A DNA stretch of 64,000 bases from Alphaproteobacteria bacterium (GTDB lineage Bacteria; Pseudomonadota; Alphaproteobacteria; SP197): the NCBI GenBank assembly GCA_965228895.1, contig OZ245842.1, forward strand, positions 384,001 through 448,000, read 5' to 3'. The position numbers were made by a program, and so were the translations under genes. Below the pieces are notes generated by a model, which searched no databases, was not told the DNA's origin, and worked only from the letters and a program-made list of their open reading frames with translations. Positions within the stretch are counted from its first letter, which is position 1, and the number at the start of each line of letters is the position of its first letter. Of the stretch, positions 9,711 through 18,847 are shown one piece after another.

Positions 9711-10852
9711 ATGTTGACGATATCTTCGACGCGCGTTTTCGCGAACGGCTGGCGAAGCCGGCCGGTGAGGGCGGTACGTGCCTTCCCAATGTTTGCTACA
9801 CAAACCGTGACTGGCTGGAACTCGAGAACGAACGACTGTTTGCGCGCACCTGGATCTACGCCGGTTGCCTCGATCAGATTTCGAAACCCGGCGATGTTCT
9901 GCCGCTGACCATCGCCGGCAAGCCAATCGTGCTGGTTCACGATCGTAGCGGCGAGATACGCGCGTTTCACAACGTTTGCCGGCATCGCGGTGCGCTCATC
10001 GTGGACGAGCCGTGCCGGGGCAAGACGGTTCTGACCTGTCCCTATCACGCCTGGTCCTACGGTCTGGACGGCAAGCTGCGAAGCCGGCCTCACTTCGGCG
10101 GCGCCGACAACCACGATCGTCCATCGAACGGCGGTGGACCCGATCTGGTGCCGATCCGCATGGCGCGCTGGTTTCGCTTTTTCTTCGTCAATCTCGACGG
10201 CCAGGCGCGAGATTTCGATGACTTCATGGCACCGCTGGCGCGTCGGCTGCCCCATCACGACTTCGACGCGCTGCGCCTCGGCAAGACGCTGGTCTGGGAG
10301 TTCCGTGCCAACTGGAAGATCGTCTTCGAGAACTACTTCGACAACTATCATGTCGGCACGATCCACCCGCGCCTCGACGCCTTTTTGCCCATGACACAGC
10401 GCCGGCCGTTCGAACCGGATGGGCCGCTGCTGCAGTTCGAAGCCTTGTTCGACGATCCGGAGGCAGGCCGGGGGGTTGGGTTGCCATACTATCCGGGCGT
10501 GCCGCCGGAACTCGCGCACTTTGAAGCCGGCTATCATCTCTTCCCCAGCGTCTGCTTTCAGATTTGGCCCGATCAGCTGACGGTCTTTCAGGTATTCCCC
10601 ATGGCGCACGACCACACGATTGAGCATCTGCACATCTTCTTTATCGGAGAAGGCGCCGCTGACCCCGCCTATGGGGCGGCCCGCCAAAGCGTTTACGACA
10701 TGTGGGACGAACTGAACCGCGAGGATATCAACGCCATTGAATGGATGCAGAAGGGCCGCATGTCGCCCGCCTTCGATGGCGGTCGTCTGTCCGGCTATTG
10801 GGACCCCGCCCTGCAGCACTTTGCCCGGCTGACCGTGGATTTGATGTCGTGA
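9707..10852 (+). CDS. Rieske oxygenase alpha subunit (tandem paralog)
   Basis: ATGA overlap with the upstream gene; CRHRG...CPYHAW; ENYFDNYH...HP; EDINAIEWMQKG. Confidence 0.92.
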   Translation: MNVDDIFDARFRERLAKPAGEGGTCLPNVCYTNRDWLELENERLFARTWIYAGCLDQISKPGDVLPLTIAGKPIVLVHDRSGEIRAFHNVCRHRGALIVDEPCRGKTVLTCPYHAWSYGLDGKLRSRPHFGGADNHDRPSNGGGPDLVPIRMARWFRFFFVNLDGQARDFDDFMAPLARRLPHHDFDALRLGKTLVWEFRANWKIVFENYFDNYHVGTIHPRLDAFLPMTQRRPFEPDGPLLQFEALFDDPEAGRGVGLPYYPGVPPELAHFEAGYHLFPSVCFQIWPDQLTVFQVFPMAHDHTIEHLHIFFIGEGAADPAYGAARQSVYDMWDELNREDINAIEWMQKGRMSPAFDGGRLSGYWDPALQHFARLTVDLMS

Positions 10853-12813
10853 GCCACCCGCAGTTCCCGCATCTCTTCTCGCCCATCGAGATACGCGGTC
10901 GCGAGATCAAGAACCGGGTCTTCGTGCCCGGCCACAACACCGCATTGTCGGAAGGTGGCAAGATAGGCGACGCCATGATCGCCTATCACGAGGCGCGCAT
11001 GAAAGGCGGCGTCGGCATGATCATGACCGAGGTCCACTGTGTGCATCCAACCTACATGCCGCCGGGTCGTGCTTGGGCGACAAACGATGAGTGCCTGCCT
11101 GGACTGCGCCGTCTCGCCTTGAAGGGGCGTGACCATGGAGTCAGGATCATCGGTCAGGTGTTCCACCCCGGCCGCGTCGCGGCCGCTTCCGTCGACGGCA
11201 CCAAGATGGTGGCCTACGCGCCGTCGGAAGTGCCTGATGAGATGTACAAGACCGTGCCGACACCGCTTACCTGCGATCTTATCCGCGAGATCGTGGCGGC
11301 CCATGGCGACGGCGCCGCGCGCATGGCCGAGGCAGGATTGGATGGTGTCGAAATCATCTCCAGCATGGGCTATCTGGCCTCCCAATTCATCAATCCCCGT
11401 CTCAACCGACGTGACGACAAGTATGGCGGGTCGTTCGAAAACCGCATGCGTTTCGTGCGTGAGGTCGCCGCCGACATCCGCGCCAAGATCGGCGGCGACA
11501 TGATCCTGGGCCTGCGTATCTCCGCCGACGAGATGGACGAGGAAGGGCTCACCATCGAGGAGTCCCGCGAGGCCTGTGCCGCGCTCGATGCCGATGGCGT
11601 GCTCGACTACCTCAATATTGTTTTGGGCTCGACCGCGACTTACACGGGCTGGCAGCACATCATCCCGCACATGCAGTACGATGCCGGCTACACCGGCAAG
11701 AAGTCCGGCGCGCTCAAGGAAGCCGTCAAACGCGTCCCCGTCATGATCGCCGGCCGCATCAACCAGCCGCAAATCGCCGAACAGATTCTGGCCGAAGGCC
11801 AGGCCGATATGATCGGCATCGTGCGCGGCCATATCGCCGATCCCGACCTGGTGAGAAAAGCCAGTGAAGGACGCGTCGACGACATCCGCGCATGCATCGC
11901 ATGCGACCAGGCATGCATCGGTCACAGGCTCAAGGGTTTCCCGATCTCCTGCATCCAGTTCCCGGAGACCGGCCGCGAACTCTGCTTTGCCGCCAAACCC
12001 AGAGTCGACAGACAGCGCAAGGTGCTGGTGGTCGGCGGCGGGCCGGCGGGCATGAAGGCCGCCGCCGTCGCCGCCGAGCGTGGCCATAGCGTGACATTGA
12101 TGGAGAAGGCGACCCAACTGGGTGGCCAGGCGCTTGTTGCGCAGCTTCTGCCGGGACGCGCCGAGTTCGGCGGTATCGTCACCAACCTCCAGCGGGAGTG
12201 CGAGAGCCACGGCGTCGAGATCCGCCGTGGCGTCAACGTGACGAAGGAGATGGTCAAGGCCGAAGCGCCCGATGTGGTGATCGCCGCGACCGGCGCGACA
12301 GAGCGGCGCCCCGAATTGGAAGGCCTGGATGGCGCGCATGTGGTTGGCGCCTGGGGCGTCGCGCAGGGCACCGCCAATGTGGGTGGCAAGGTCGTGGTCT
12401 ATGACTGGCACGCGAACTGGATCGGGCTTGGCGTTGCCGAAAAACTGGCACGCGACGGCTGTTCGGTTCGGCTTTGCGTCAACGGGCCGATGCCCGGCGA
12501 ACACCTGCCGATGATGGTGCGTGACGGCTGGATGGGCCAGCTCCACAAGTTCGGCGTCGAGGTCATTCCCTATGCCCGGCTCTACGGCGCCGACGACACA
12601 AGCGTCTTCATGCAGCACGTCACGAGCGGCGAGCCGATCATCTGCGATGATGTCGAGACCCTGGTGCTCGCCACGCCGCATAAACGCGAGGCCGGACTGT
12701 GGGAATCACTTCATGACAGCGACTTGGAACTTCATCTGATCGGCGACGCATTGGCGCCACGTACTGCCGAAGAGGCGGTGTTGGAAGGCTTGCGTGCCGG
12801 ATTCGCGGTCTAG
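10849..12813 (+). CDS. NADH:flavin oxidoreductase, OYE barrel plus [4Fe-4S] plus FAD/NAD domain (StcD/DgcA/2,4-dienoyl-CoA reductase-like)
   Basis: GTGA overlap; FPHLFSP..I....KNR; YGGSFENR; CIACDQAC...C; GGGPAGM; IGDALAPRT. Confidence 0.9.
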   Translation: MSHPQFPHLFSPIEIRGREIKNRVFVPGHNTALSEGGKIGDAMIAYHEARMKGGVGMIMTEVHCVHPTYMPPGRAWATNDECLPGLRRLALKGRDHGVRIIGQVFHPGRVAAASVDGTKMVAYAPSEVPDEMYKTVPTPLTCDLIREIVAAHGDGAARMAEAGLDGVEIISSMGYLASQFINPRLNRRDDKYGGSFENRMRFVREVAADIRAKIGGDMILGLRISADEMDEEGLTIEESREACAALDADGVLDYLNIVLGSTATYTGWQHIIPHMQYDAGYTGKKSGALKEAVKRVPVMIAGRINQPQIAEQILAEGQADMIGIVRGHIADPDLVRKASEGRVDDIRACIACDQACIGHRLKGFPISCIQFPETGRELCFAAKPRVDRQRKVLVVGGGPAGMKAAAVAAERGHSVTLMEKATQLGGQALVAQLLPGRAEFGGIVTNLQRECESHGVEIRRGVNVTKEMVKAEAPDVVIAATGATERRPELEGLDGAHVVGAWGVAQGTANVGGKVVVYDWHANWIGLGVAEKLARDGCSVRLCVNGPMPGEHLPMMVRDGWMGQLHKFGVEVIPYARLYGADDTSVFMQHVTSGEPIICDDVETLVLATPHKREAGLWESLHDSDLELHLIGDALAPRTAEEAVLEGLRAGFAV

Positions 12814-12831
12814 CCTCAAGGGCCGCGGCTG

Positions 12832-14796
12832 ATGACCGCGTTCCCCCATCTCTTCGATCCGCTCGAGATCCGCGGCCTCGATCTCAAGAACCGCATCGCC
12901 TTTGGTCCCCATGGCACCAGCCAGGGACGTACACCAGAGACGTTGCCGGACCTTGTCGCCTACCACGAAGCGCGGGCGAAGGGTGGTGTCGGTCTGATCA
13001 TTACCGAAGCCCATACGGTTCATGAAAGTTATGAGGTCCGCCACAGCCTGCTGGCTGTCAGCGACGATGACGCCATCCCCGAACTGCGTGCGATTGCCGA
13101 TGTCGCGCACAAGCATGGCGCGCGCATGTTCGGCCAGCTTTTTCACCCCGGCCGCGCCGTCGCCAACAGAAAGAATGGCGCTCTGCTGGCCGCCTACGCG
13201 CCCTCGGAGATCCCCGACGAACGCCATCACGTCATGCCTGCACCGATGTCTGAGATCATGATCCGCGATGTCATCCGTGCCTATGGCGCCGGCGCACGCC
13301 GTATGGCGGAAGCGGGCCTCGACGGTATCGAATACATGGTGTCGATGGGGTATCTGCCGGCGCAGTTCGTCAACCCGCGCGCCAACCAGAGAACCGATGC
13401 GTATGGCGGCAGCTTTGAGAACCGGTTGCGGTTTCTCACCGAATCACTCGCCGCCGTTCGCGATTCGGTCGGCGACGAAATCGTGGTCGGCATACGAATC
13501 TCCGTCGACGAGCTCGATCACGGTGGCCTCTCACCCGACGAGAGCATCGCCGTTTCCAAGGCGCTCGGTGACGCCGGGTTGATCGACTATGTCAACGTCA
13601 TCGGCGGGTCGGGCGCCTCGGTTGGCGGCGCCGTTCATATCGTACCGCCGATGTTTGTCGATCAGGCCTACCTGGCCGATGACGCGGCACGGCTGAAACA
13701 GACTGTCGGTCTGCCGACCTTGCTGGGCGGGCGCATCAACCAGCCGCAGTCAGCGGAGCAGGTCGTGGCGTCGGGCCAGGCCGACATGGTCTGCCTCGTG
13801 CGGGCCCTTATCTGCGATCCGTTCTTTGCGGCGAAGGCGGGGCGTGGCGAGGCCGATGACATCCGCGCCTGCATCGGCTGCAACCAGGCCTGCATCGGAC
13901 ACCGGCACATGGGCGCGATCGTCTCGTGTATCCAGCACCCGGAGACAGGCCGTGAGCGCACGTTTCCGCACGACAAGTCGAAAGCGGCGGCGTCACGTCG
14001 GATTATGGTCGTTGGCGGCGGTCCCGGCGGCATGAAGGCTGCCGCCATCGCGGCGGAACGTGGGCATGACGTCGCGCTTTATGAGAAGGCAGACCAGCTC
14101 GGCGGGCAGGCTCTGTTGGCACAGATGTTGCCGGAGCGCGTGGAGTTCGGCGGTATCGTCACCAACCTTACGCGCGAAATGGATCGCTGCGGCGTCGCCG
14201 TCAACAAGGGCGTGACGGTCGATGCCGCGATGGTTGAACGCGAGGCGCCTGATGCCGTCATCGTGGCAACCGGCGCGACGCCCTACCTTCCCAAGCTGGA
14301 GGGGCTGGACGAGACCCACGCGGTCGACGCCTGGTCCGTGATCAAGGGCGAAGCCAATGTGGGCGGACGCGTCGTCATCGCCGACTGGCGTTGCGATTGG
14401 GTTGGTATGGGTGTGGCGGAGATGCTGGCCCGCAACGGCTGCCATGTGCGCCTCTATTGCCAGGGCGTCATGCCCGGACAAAACCTGCAGGCCTATCTGC
14501 GCGATCACTGGATAGGGGTCCTGGACAGCCTGGGTGTTGAGACCAGGGCCTACGTGCGTTTGTTCGGCGCCGCCGTCGACAGCGTCTACTTTCAACACAT
14601 GACCAACGGCGAGGCAATTGTCGCCGACGACGTCGAGACCCTGGTCCTGGCGCAAGGCCACAGACGGGAGGCGGTGTTGGCCGAGACACTGGCGCAGTTC
14701 TGGGCCGGCGAGTTGCATGTTATCGGCGATGCGCTGTCCCCGCGCACGGCAGAAGAGGCGGTTATGGAGGGGCTTCAGGCAGCCATGGTGCTCTAA
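12832..14796 (+). CDS. NADH:flavin oxidoreductase, second tandem paralog
   Basis: Same architecture and length (654 aa): YGGSFENR, CIGCNQAC, GGGPGGM. Confidence 0.9.
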   Translation: MTAFPHLFDPLEIRGLDLKNRIAFGPHGTSQGRTPETLPDLVAYHEARAKGGVGLIITEAHTVHESYEVRHSLLAVSDDDAIPELRAIADVAHKHGARMFGQLFHPGRAVANRKNGALLAAYAPSEIPDERHHVMPAPMSEIMIRDVIRAYGAGARRMAEAGLDGIEYMVSMGYLPAQFVNPRANQRTDAYGGSFENRLRFLTESLAAVRDSVGDEIVVGIRISVDELDHGGLSPDESIAVSKALGDAGLIDYVNVIGGSGASVGGAVHIVPPMFVDQAYLADDAARLKQTVGLPTLLGGRINQPQSAEQVVASGQADMVCLVRALICDPFFAAKAGRGEADDIRACIGCNQACIGHRHMGAIVSCIQHPETGRERTFPHDKSKAAASRRIMVVGGGPGGMKAAAIAAERGHDVALYEKADQLGGQALLAQMLPERVEFGGIVTNLTREMDRCGVAVNKGVTVDAAMVEREAPDAVIVATGATPYLPKLEGLDETHAVDAWSVIKGEANVGGRVVIADWRCDWVGMGVAEMLARNGCHVRLYCQGVMPGQNLQAYLRDHWIGVLDSLGVETRAYVRLFGAAVDSVYFQHMTNGEAIVADDVETLVLAQGHRREAVLAETLAQFWAGELHVIGDALSPRTAEEAVMEGLQAAMVL

Positions 14797-14855
14797 CCGC
14801 TTTTTGATTTCGGTATAGCTCAGCCCTACGATGGCGACAGTACTGATCGCAGGCC

Positions 14856-15494
14856 TTGAGGAGTAACAACTTGGCAGCCAAAGCAGCCGTTCTGCCTGAG
14901 GAAACACAAGGCGCGCTGACCTTAGGCGCGGAGATCCGCGCCTTGCGTAAGGTGAAGGGTCTGACGCTGACCGATCTGGCAGAGAAGACTGGCAAATCAA
15001 TTGGGTATCTAAGTCAGGTCGAACGCGACATCACCAAACCGAACGTCAAGGTTTTGCAGGAAATCGCCGATGCGTTGGGCGTCGACAACGGCTGGTTCTA
15101 TCCGCCCGGGGAGAGCGCGGACCCACGTGAGAAAAGGTTCATTGTGCGCGCCCGCAACCGGCGCCAGCTTTCGTATTCGCGCCTCGGTCAGGCCGATTAT
15201 CTCGGCATGAGCGACTATTTGCTGTCGTCAAATCTGGAAGGGCAGCTTGTCATTGGCATCAGCACGCTCCACCCCGGCTGTTCGTCCGGCGATGACGGTT
15301 ACAGCCACGACGGTGAAGAAGCGGGCTATGTCATGGAGGGCCGCCTCGAGCTGACGATTGATGGCGAGACCTTCACGCTGGAAGCGGGCGACAGCTATTC
15401 GTTTCCCAGCCACCACAGTCACCGGTTTCACAATCCGACGTCGCAGAACACGGTCTTCCTGTGGGCCAATACGCCGATCTCGTTTCACTACTGA
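14856..15494 (+). CDS. XRE-HTH plus cupin transcriptional regulator (PuuR-like)
   Basis: LGAEIRALRK...SIGYLSQVER HTH; HDGEEAGYV.EG.L...LEAGDS...H.F.N cupin. Start uncertain (TTG at 14856 or 14871). Confidence 0.9.
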   Translation: MRSNNLAAKAAVLPEETQGALTLGAEIRALRKVKGLTLTDLAEKTGKSIGYLSQVERDITKPNVKVLQEIADALGVDNGWFYPPGESADPREKRFIVRARNRRQLSYSRLGQADYLGMSDYLLSSNLEGQLVIGISTLHPGCSSGDDGYSHDGEEAGYVMEGRLELTIDGETFTLEAGDSYSFPSHHSHRFHNPTSQNTVFLWANTPISFHY

Positions 15495-15563
15495 TTGACA
15501 CGTGCTGTGTCGACACGCCGACACTTGCGTAGGCCATCATGGCAATCGCCTGATTCATCGTTT

Positions 15564-15779
15564 GAATTCCCTGATGCGGCGGAAGATTTCCCAGTTGTAT
15601 CGAGAAAATTCCCTGTTCCGTCGCGTAGGGAATTCGCCGCTAACGTGCTGAAATTGCTGGGGGAACTTCACCAGAAAGCTGGATTTTGGACGGAATACGA
15701 TGAATTTCCCTGTATTTTCCCTGTTAACAGGGAAATCGCGGCAGAGACAGGTTCGCTCGAGACTGCCCGCACCACGACC
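15564..15779. repeat. TTCCCTG-rich palindromic element (probable end or att remnant of a mobile element)
   Basis: Five TTCCC(T/A)G units; hairpin AATTCCCT..AGGGAATT (15607-15634); perfect 20-bp palindrome TTTCCCTGTTAACAGGGAAA (15716-15735); ends with GGTTCG...ACCACGACCA. Confidence 0.65.
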
Positions 15780-15807
15780 ATATTCCATAATGCAGATTAT
15801 GAACTCC
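15780..15807 (-). other. dif-like XerD/XerC recombination site 1
   Basis: ATATTCCATAA-TGCAGA-TTATGAACTCC matches the 11-6-11 architecture of E. coli dif (reverse complement ATTTAACATAA-TATACA-TTATGCGCACC). Confidence 0.7.
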
Positions 15808-16013
15808 TTGGCCTGAGCGTGCAGCTGACGGTCCAAGGCATTCTAGTCTTTTCGTCCAGAGACGATTTCTCCGGTGCAGGTTCAAATCAGCCCGCATCCG
15901 AACACGATGCCAGACCGGTGTACAAGCGGTCGAATGGCAACGTCGGCTTCGGGCCCAAGTTGCCGACTTGCTGCATCGTGCCGGATGTCTGGACGCAGAT
16001 GTCGTCGAAGTGG

Positions 16014-16922
16014 CTAACCTCTACGCGGTCTCCTGAGATCGTCGTTCAGCATGTCAATGAAGCGGCGGACCCGCGGCTCCAACAGGCGTTTGTGGGGGTA
16101 AAGCGCGATGATGGGTACCGTGCCGAAATCGACCTGCGGCAGAACATGTTCAAGTCGACCATCTGCCATGTCCGTGCTCACCAAAAGCCGCGGCAACAAT
16201 GCAATTCCAAGCCCGGCCAGAGCAGCTTCGCGCAGGGCTTCGGCACTATCAAGGCGGAGGCGAACACGCCCTTGGACGCGGGCCCAACTGCCATCCACCT
16301 CCTTAAGGTACCAGCCTTGCCTATCCCCTCGACTTGCAAACTGAAGCAGCTCGTGAACACCTAGTTGTTCTGCTGTCAAAGGCCTATCGGATCCCGAAAA
16401 ATAGGCTGGGGCCGCGCAAAGAAGCGCTACGTCGACCAAAAGCGTTCGCGTTATGAAGCTTTGGTCAGGTGAGCGCACACCGATACGGATCGCCAGGTCG
16501 AAGCCTTTCTCTATGATGTTGTCGACCCGGTCCGAGAAACTCATCTCGATCTGAGTTTCGGGCCAGCGCTCTAGAAATCGGCGAACAGTCGGCAGCAGCA
16601 GTCTGCGTCCAAGGGCGTCAGGCGCAGTGACTCGCAGCGTCCCGCGAGGGACACCGCGGTTACCCGCGATACTATTGTCAACGTCCTCAATCGCCGCGCG
16701 GATGGCCAGACCATGTTCGTAAAGGCGCTGGCCTTCCTCCGTCAGGTCAAGCGCGCGGGTGGTGCGGTTTAGGAGCCGCGCGCCGTAACCGTCCTCCAGC
16801 CGCGCAATCGCCTTTCCTGCAGTCGAGCGCGACAAGCCGAACGCCTTGCCGCCGGCGACGAAACTTCCGCTTTCGACAACTGAAAGGAACACGAGGATAT
16901 CGTTCACCTTCGATCCGATCAT
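16014..16922 (-). CDS. LysR family transcriptional regulator (CrgA-like)
   Basis: FLSVVESGSF...LE...GARLLNRTTR HTH; PRGTLRV; GFDLAIR. Confidence 0.95.
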   Translation of the reverse strand: MIGSKVNDILVFLSVVESGSFVAGGKAFGLSRSTAGKAIARLEDGYGARLLNRTTRALDLTEEGQRLYEHGLAIRAAIEDVDNSIAGNRGVPRGTLRVTAPDALGRRLLLPTVRRFLERWPETQIEMSFSDRVDNIIEKGFDLAIRIGVRSPDQSFITRTLLVDVALLCAAPAYFSGSDRPLTAEQLGVHELLQFASRGDRQGWYLKEVDGSWARVQGRVRLRLDSAEALREAALAGLGIALLPRLLVSTDMADGRLEHVLPQVDFGTVPIIALYPHKRLLEPRVRRFIDMLNDDLRRPRRG

Positions 16923-17024
16923 GGCACCCTCTTTGTGGACTGTTAATCGCTTCTATCACGAAACCAATTCGTCAATTGTTATCGCTATATGTGCTGACAT
17001 GACAGTTGATGAAAGGAGAGAGAC

Positions 17025-17432
17025 ATGTCCGCTTCAGTTGTTCGCATGAATCCGAAGACCCTGCCTGATACCGGCAAAGTCGGATACTCGCAGATCTCCA
17101 TCGCACAACCCGGGCGCTTAGCCTTCGTGTCCGGCCAGGTGGCCTGGCCCGACGAGGGCGGCGATGTTCCCGGATCGTTGGCCGAGCAGACCGCTATTGT
17201 GATCAAAAACCTGAATGGTGCTTTGGATGCCCTTGAGGCTACCCCTGACGACATTGTCCAGATGCGCGTCTATGTGACCGACTTGCGGTCCGAGACACGA
17301 GAGATCGCAATGACAGAGATCTTGCGCTTTCTCGAGGGCGCACAGCCCAGTCTCACAGGCATTGGCGTCGCCGCTCTGGCAGCACCTGACCTTCAGATCG
17401 AAGTTGAAATGGTGGTGCAGGTCGCAGCCTGA
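17025..17432 (+). CDS. RidA/YjgF/YER057c family protein
   Basis: GYSQ...FVSGQV...EQT...NL...V..LA.P...IEVE. Confidence 0.9.
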   Translation: MSASVVRMNPKTLPDTGKVGYSQISIAQPGRLAFVSGQVAWPDEGGDVPGSLAEQTAIVIKNLNGALDALEATPDDIVQMRVYVTDLRSETREIAMTEILRFLEGAQPSLTGIGVAALAAPDLQIEVEMVVQVAA

Positions 17433-17592
17433 CACCGATCGAGGAGGGCACAATGACGACTGCACCCTCCAAACTCGACCTTGTTCGAAGCCGACGTGAC
17501 GGGCTGGTGACCATCGCTGCCACTTAAGCTGCCGCCACACTCCCGGACACGGCTTCACTCAAACTGAACCTGACCTGAAAGGGCCTGCTGAA

Positions 17593-18423
17593 ATGTCTAG
17601 CATCACCACCACCGACGGAACTGAAATCTTCTATAAGGACTGGGGTCCGAAGGACGCTCAACCCATCGTGTTCCACCACGGCTGGCCGCTAAGCAGCGAT
17701 GACTGGGACAACCAGATGCTGTTCTTCGTTTCAAAAGGCCACCGCGTCATTGCCCATGACCGTCGCGGGCATGGGCGGTCGAGCCAGACCGACGTCGGCC
17801 ATGGCATGGAGACCTATGCCGCGGACGTGACCGAACTTGTCATGGAACTGGATCTGACAAACGCGGTTCACATCGGCCACTCGACGGGTGGCGGTGAAGT
17901 CGCGCGGTACGTGGCCCGGGCGCAACCCGGTCGTGTTGCCAAAGCAGCACTGCTTGGGGCGATCCCGCCCTTGATGCTGAAGACCGACGCAAACCCCAAC
18001 GGCATTCCGATGGAGATTTTTGACGGCTTCCGCACCGCACTTGCGGCAAACCGATCGCAGTTCTTCCTCGATGTTCCGTCGGGGCCCTTCTTCGGCTTCA
18101 ACCGCGAAGGCTCTGAGATTAGCCAGGGTTTGATCCAGAACTGGTGGCGCCAGGGCATGATGGGTAGTGCCTCCGCACAATATCAGTGCATCGCTGTGTT
18201 CTCGGAAACCGACCAGACCGCGGACCTCAAAGCGATCAACGTTCCGGTTCTCGTGATGCATGGCGAAGATGACCAGGTCGTGCCCATTGCGAACTCTGCG
18301 CTCAAGGCGGTCAAGCTGCTGAAGAACGGGACGTTGAAGACCTATGATGGCTTGTCACACGGTTTCTTCGCGACGCATCCTGATGAGGTCAACGCCGATC
18401 TGCTGGACTTTGTTGAGAGCTGA
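17593..18423 (+). CDS. cpo: Non-heme chloroperoxidase / alpha-beta hydrolase
   Basis: DGTEIFYKDWGP, HHGWPLSSDDW, HDRRGHGRS, GHSTGGGE nucleophile, HGEDDQVVP and HG catalytic triad. Confidence 0.9.
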   Translation: MSSITTTDGTEIFYKDWGPKDAQPIVFHHGWPLSSDDWDNQMLFFVSKGHRVIAHDRRGHGRSSQTDVGHGMETYAADVTELVMELDLTNAVHIGHSTGGGEVARYVARAQPGRVAKAALLGAIPPLMLKTDANPNGIPMEIFDGFRTALAANRSQFFLDVPSGPFFGFNREGSEISQGLIQNWWRQGMMGSASAQYQCIAVFSETDQTADLKAINVPVLVMHGEDDQVVPIANSALKAVKLLKNGTLKTYDGLSHGFFATHPDEVNADLLDFVES

Positions 18424-18639
18424 CAAAAACCAAATTGCCGGGCAGGAAGGATAGCCGGGCAATGCAACCGTTCGGATTGGAAACCCTCGAGGCAAGACGG
18501 CCATCACCTTACTTCGGCGTATTGTTTGGTCCCATACCGATGCCTACGAAACGGTTCTCTCCCGAACTTGCCGTTGTTCGAAACGCCGCCTGCTCGTAGT
18601 GATGGTGGCGAGCCAGCGATCTAAATTTGCACCGTGTGT

Positions 18640-18667
18640 ATTTTCCGTAATGCAGATTATGGGGCCG
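18640..18667 (-). other. dif-like XerD/XerC recombination site 2
   Basis: ATTTTCCGTAA-TGCAGA-TTATGGGGCCG; same spacer and orientation as site 1. Confidence 0.65.
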
Positions 18668-18847
18668 GCAAGATGTCCGAATGGCGACGAAGAGCGGACA
18701 TGGCGCTTCGCGGTGCCCTGTGTCCGCTGATAGCTAGGAACAGACATTAAGTAATGTCTGCATTGGGCAACAACAAAGACATGCCAGCTCTTCCCACGAA
18801 CAACTCCGTCCGCCGATTGAGACCTGACCTGCAGTTTGGTCGGTCGA

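Noticed and set aside
15745-15780. tRNA-like GGTTCG...CCA segment as a tRNA gene
   Set aside because: No D-arm, anticodon arm or acceptor pairing can be built; it is treated as part of the repeat element.
15495-16364. 289-aa plus ORF and 93-aa minus ORF over the palindromic element
   Set aside because: They are translations of non-coding repeat DNA, the longer one partly antisense to LysR, and have no domain.
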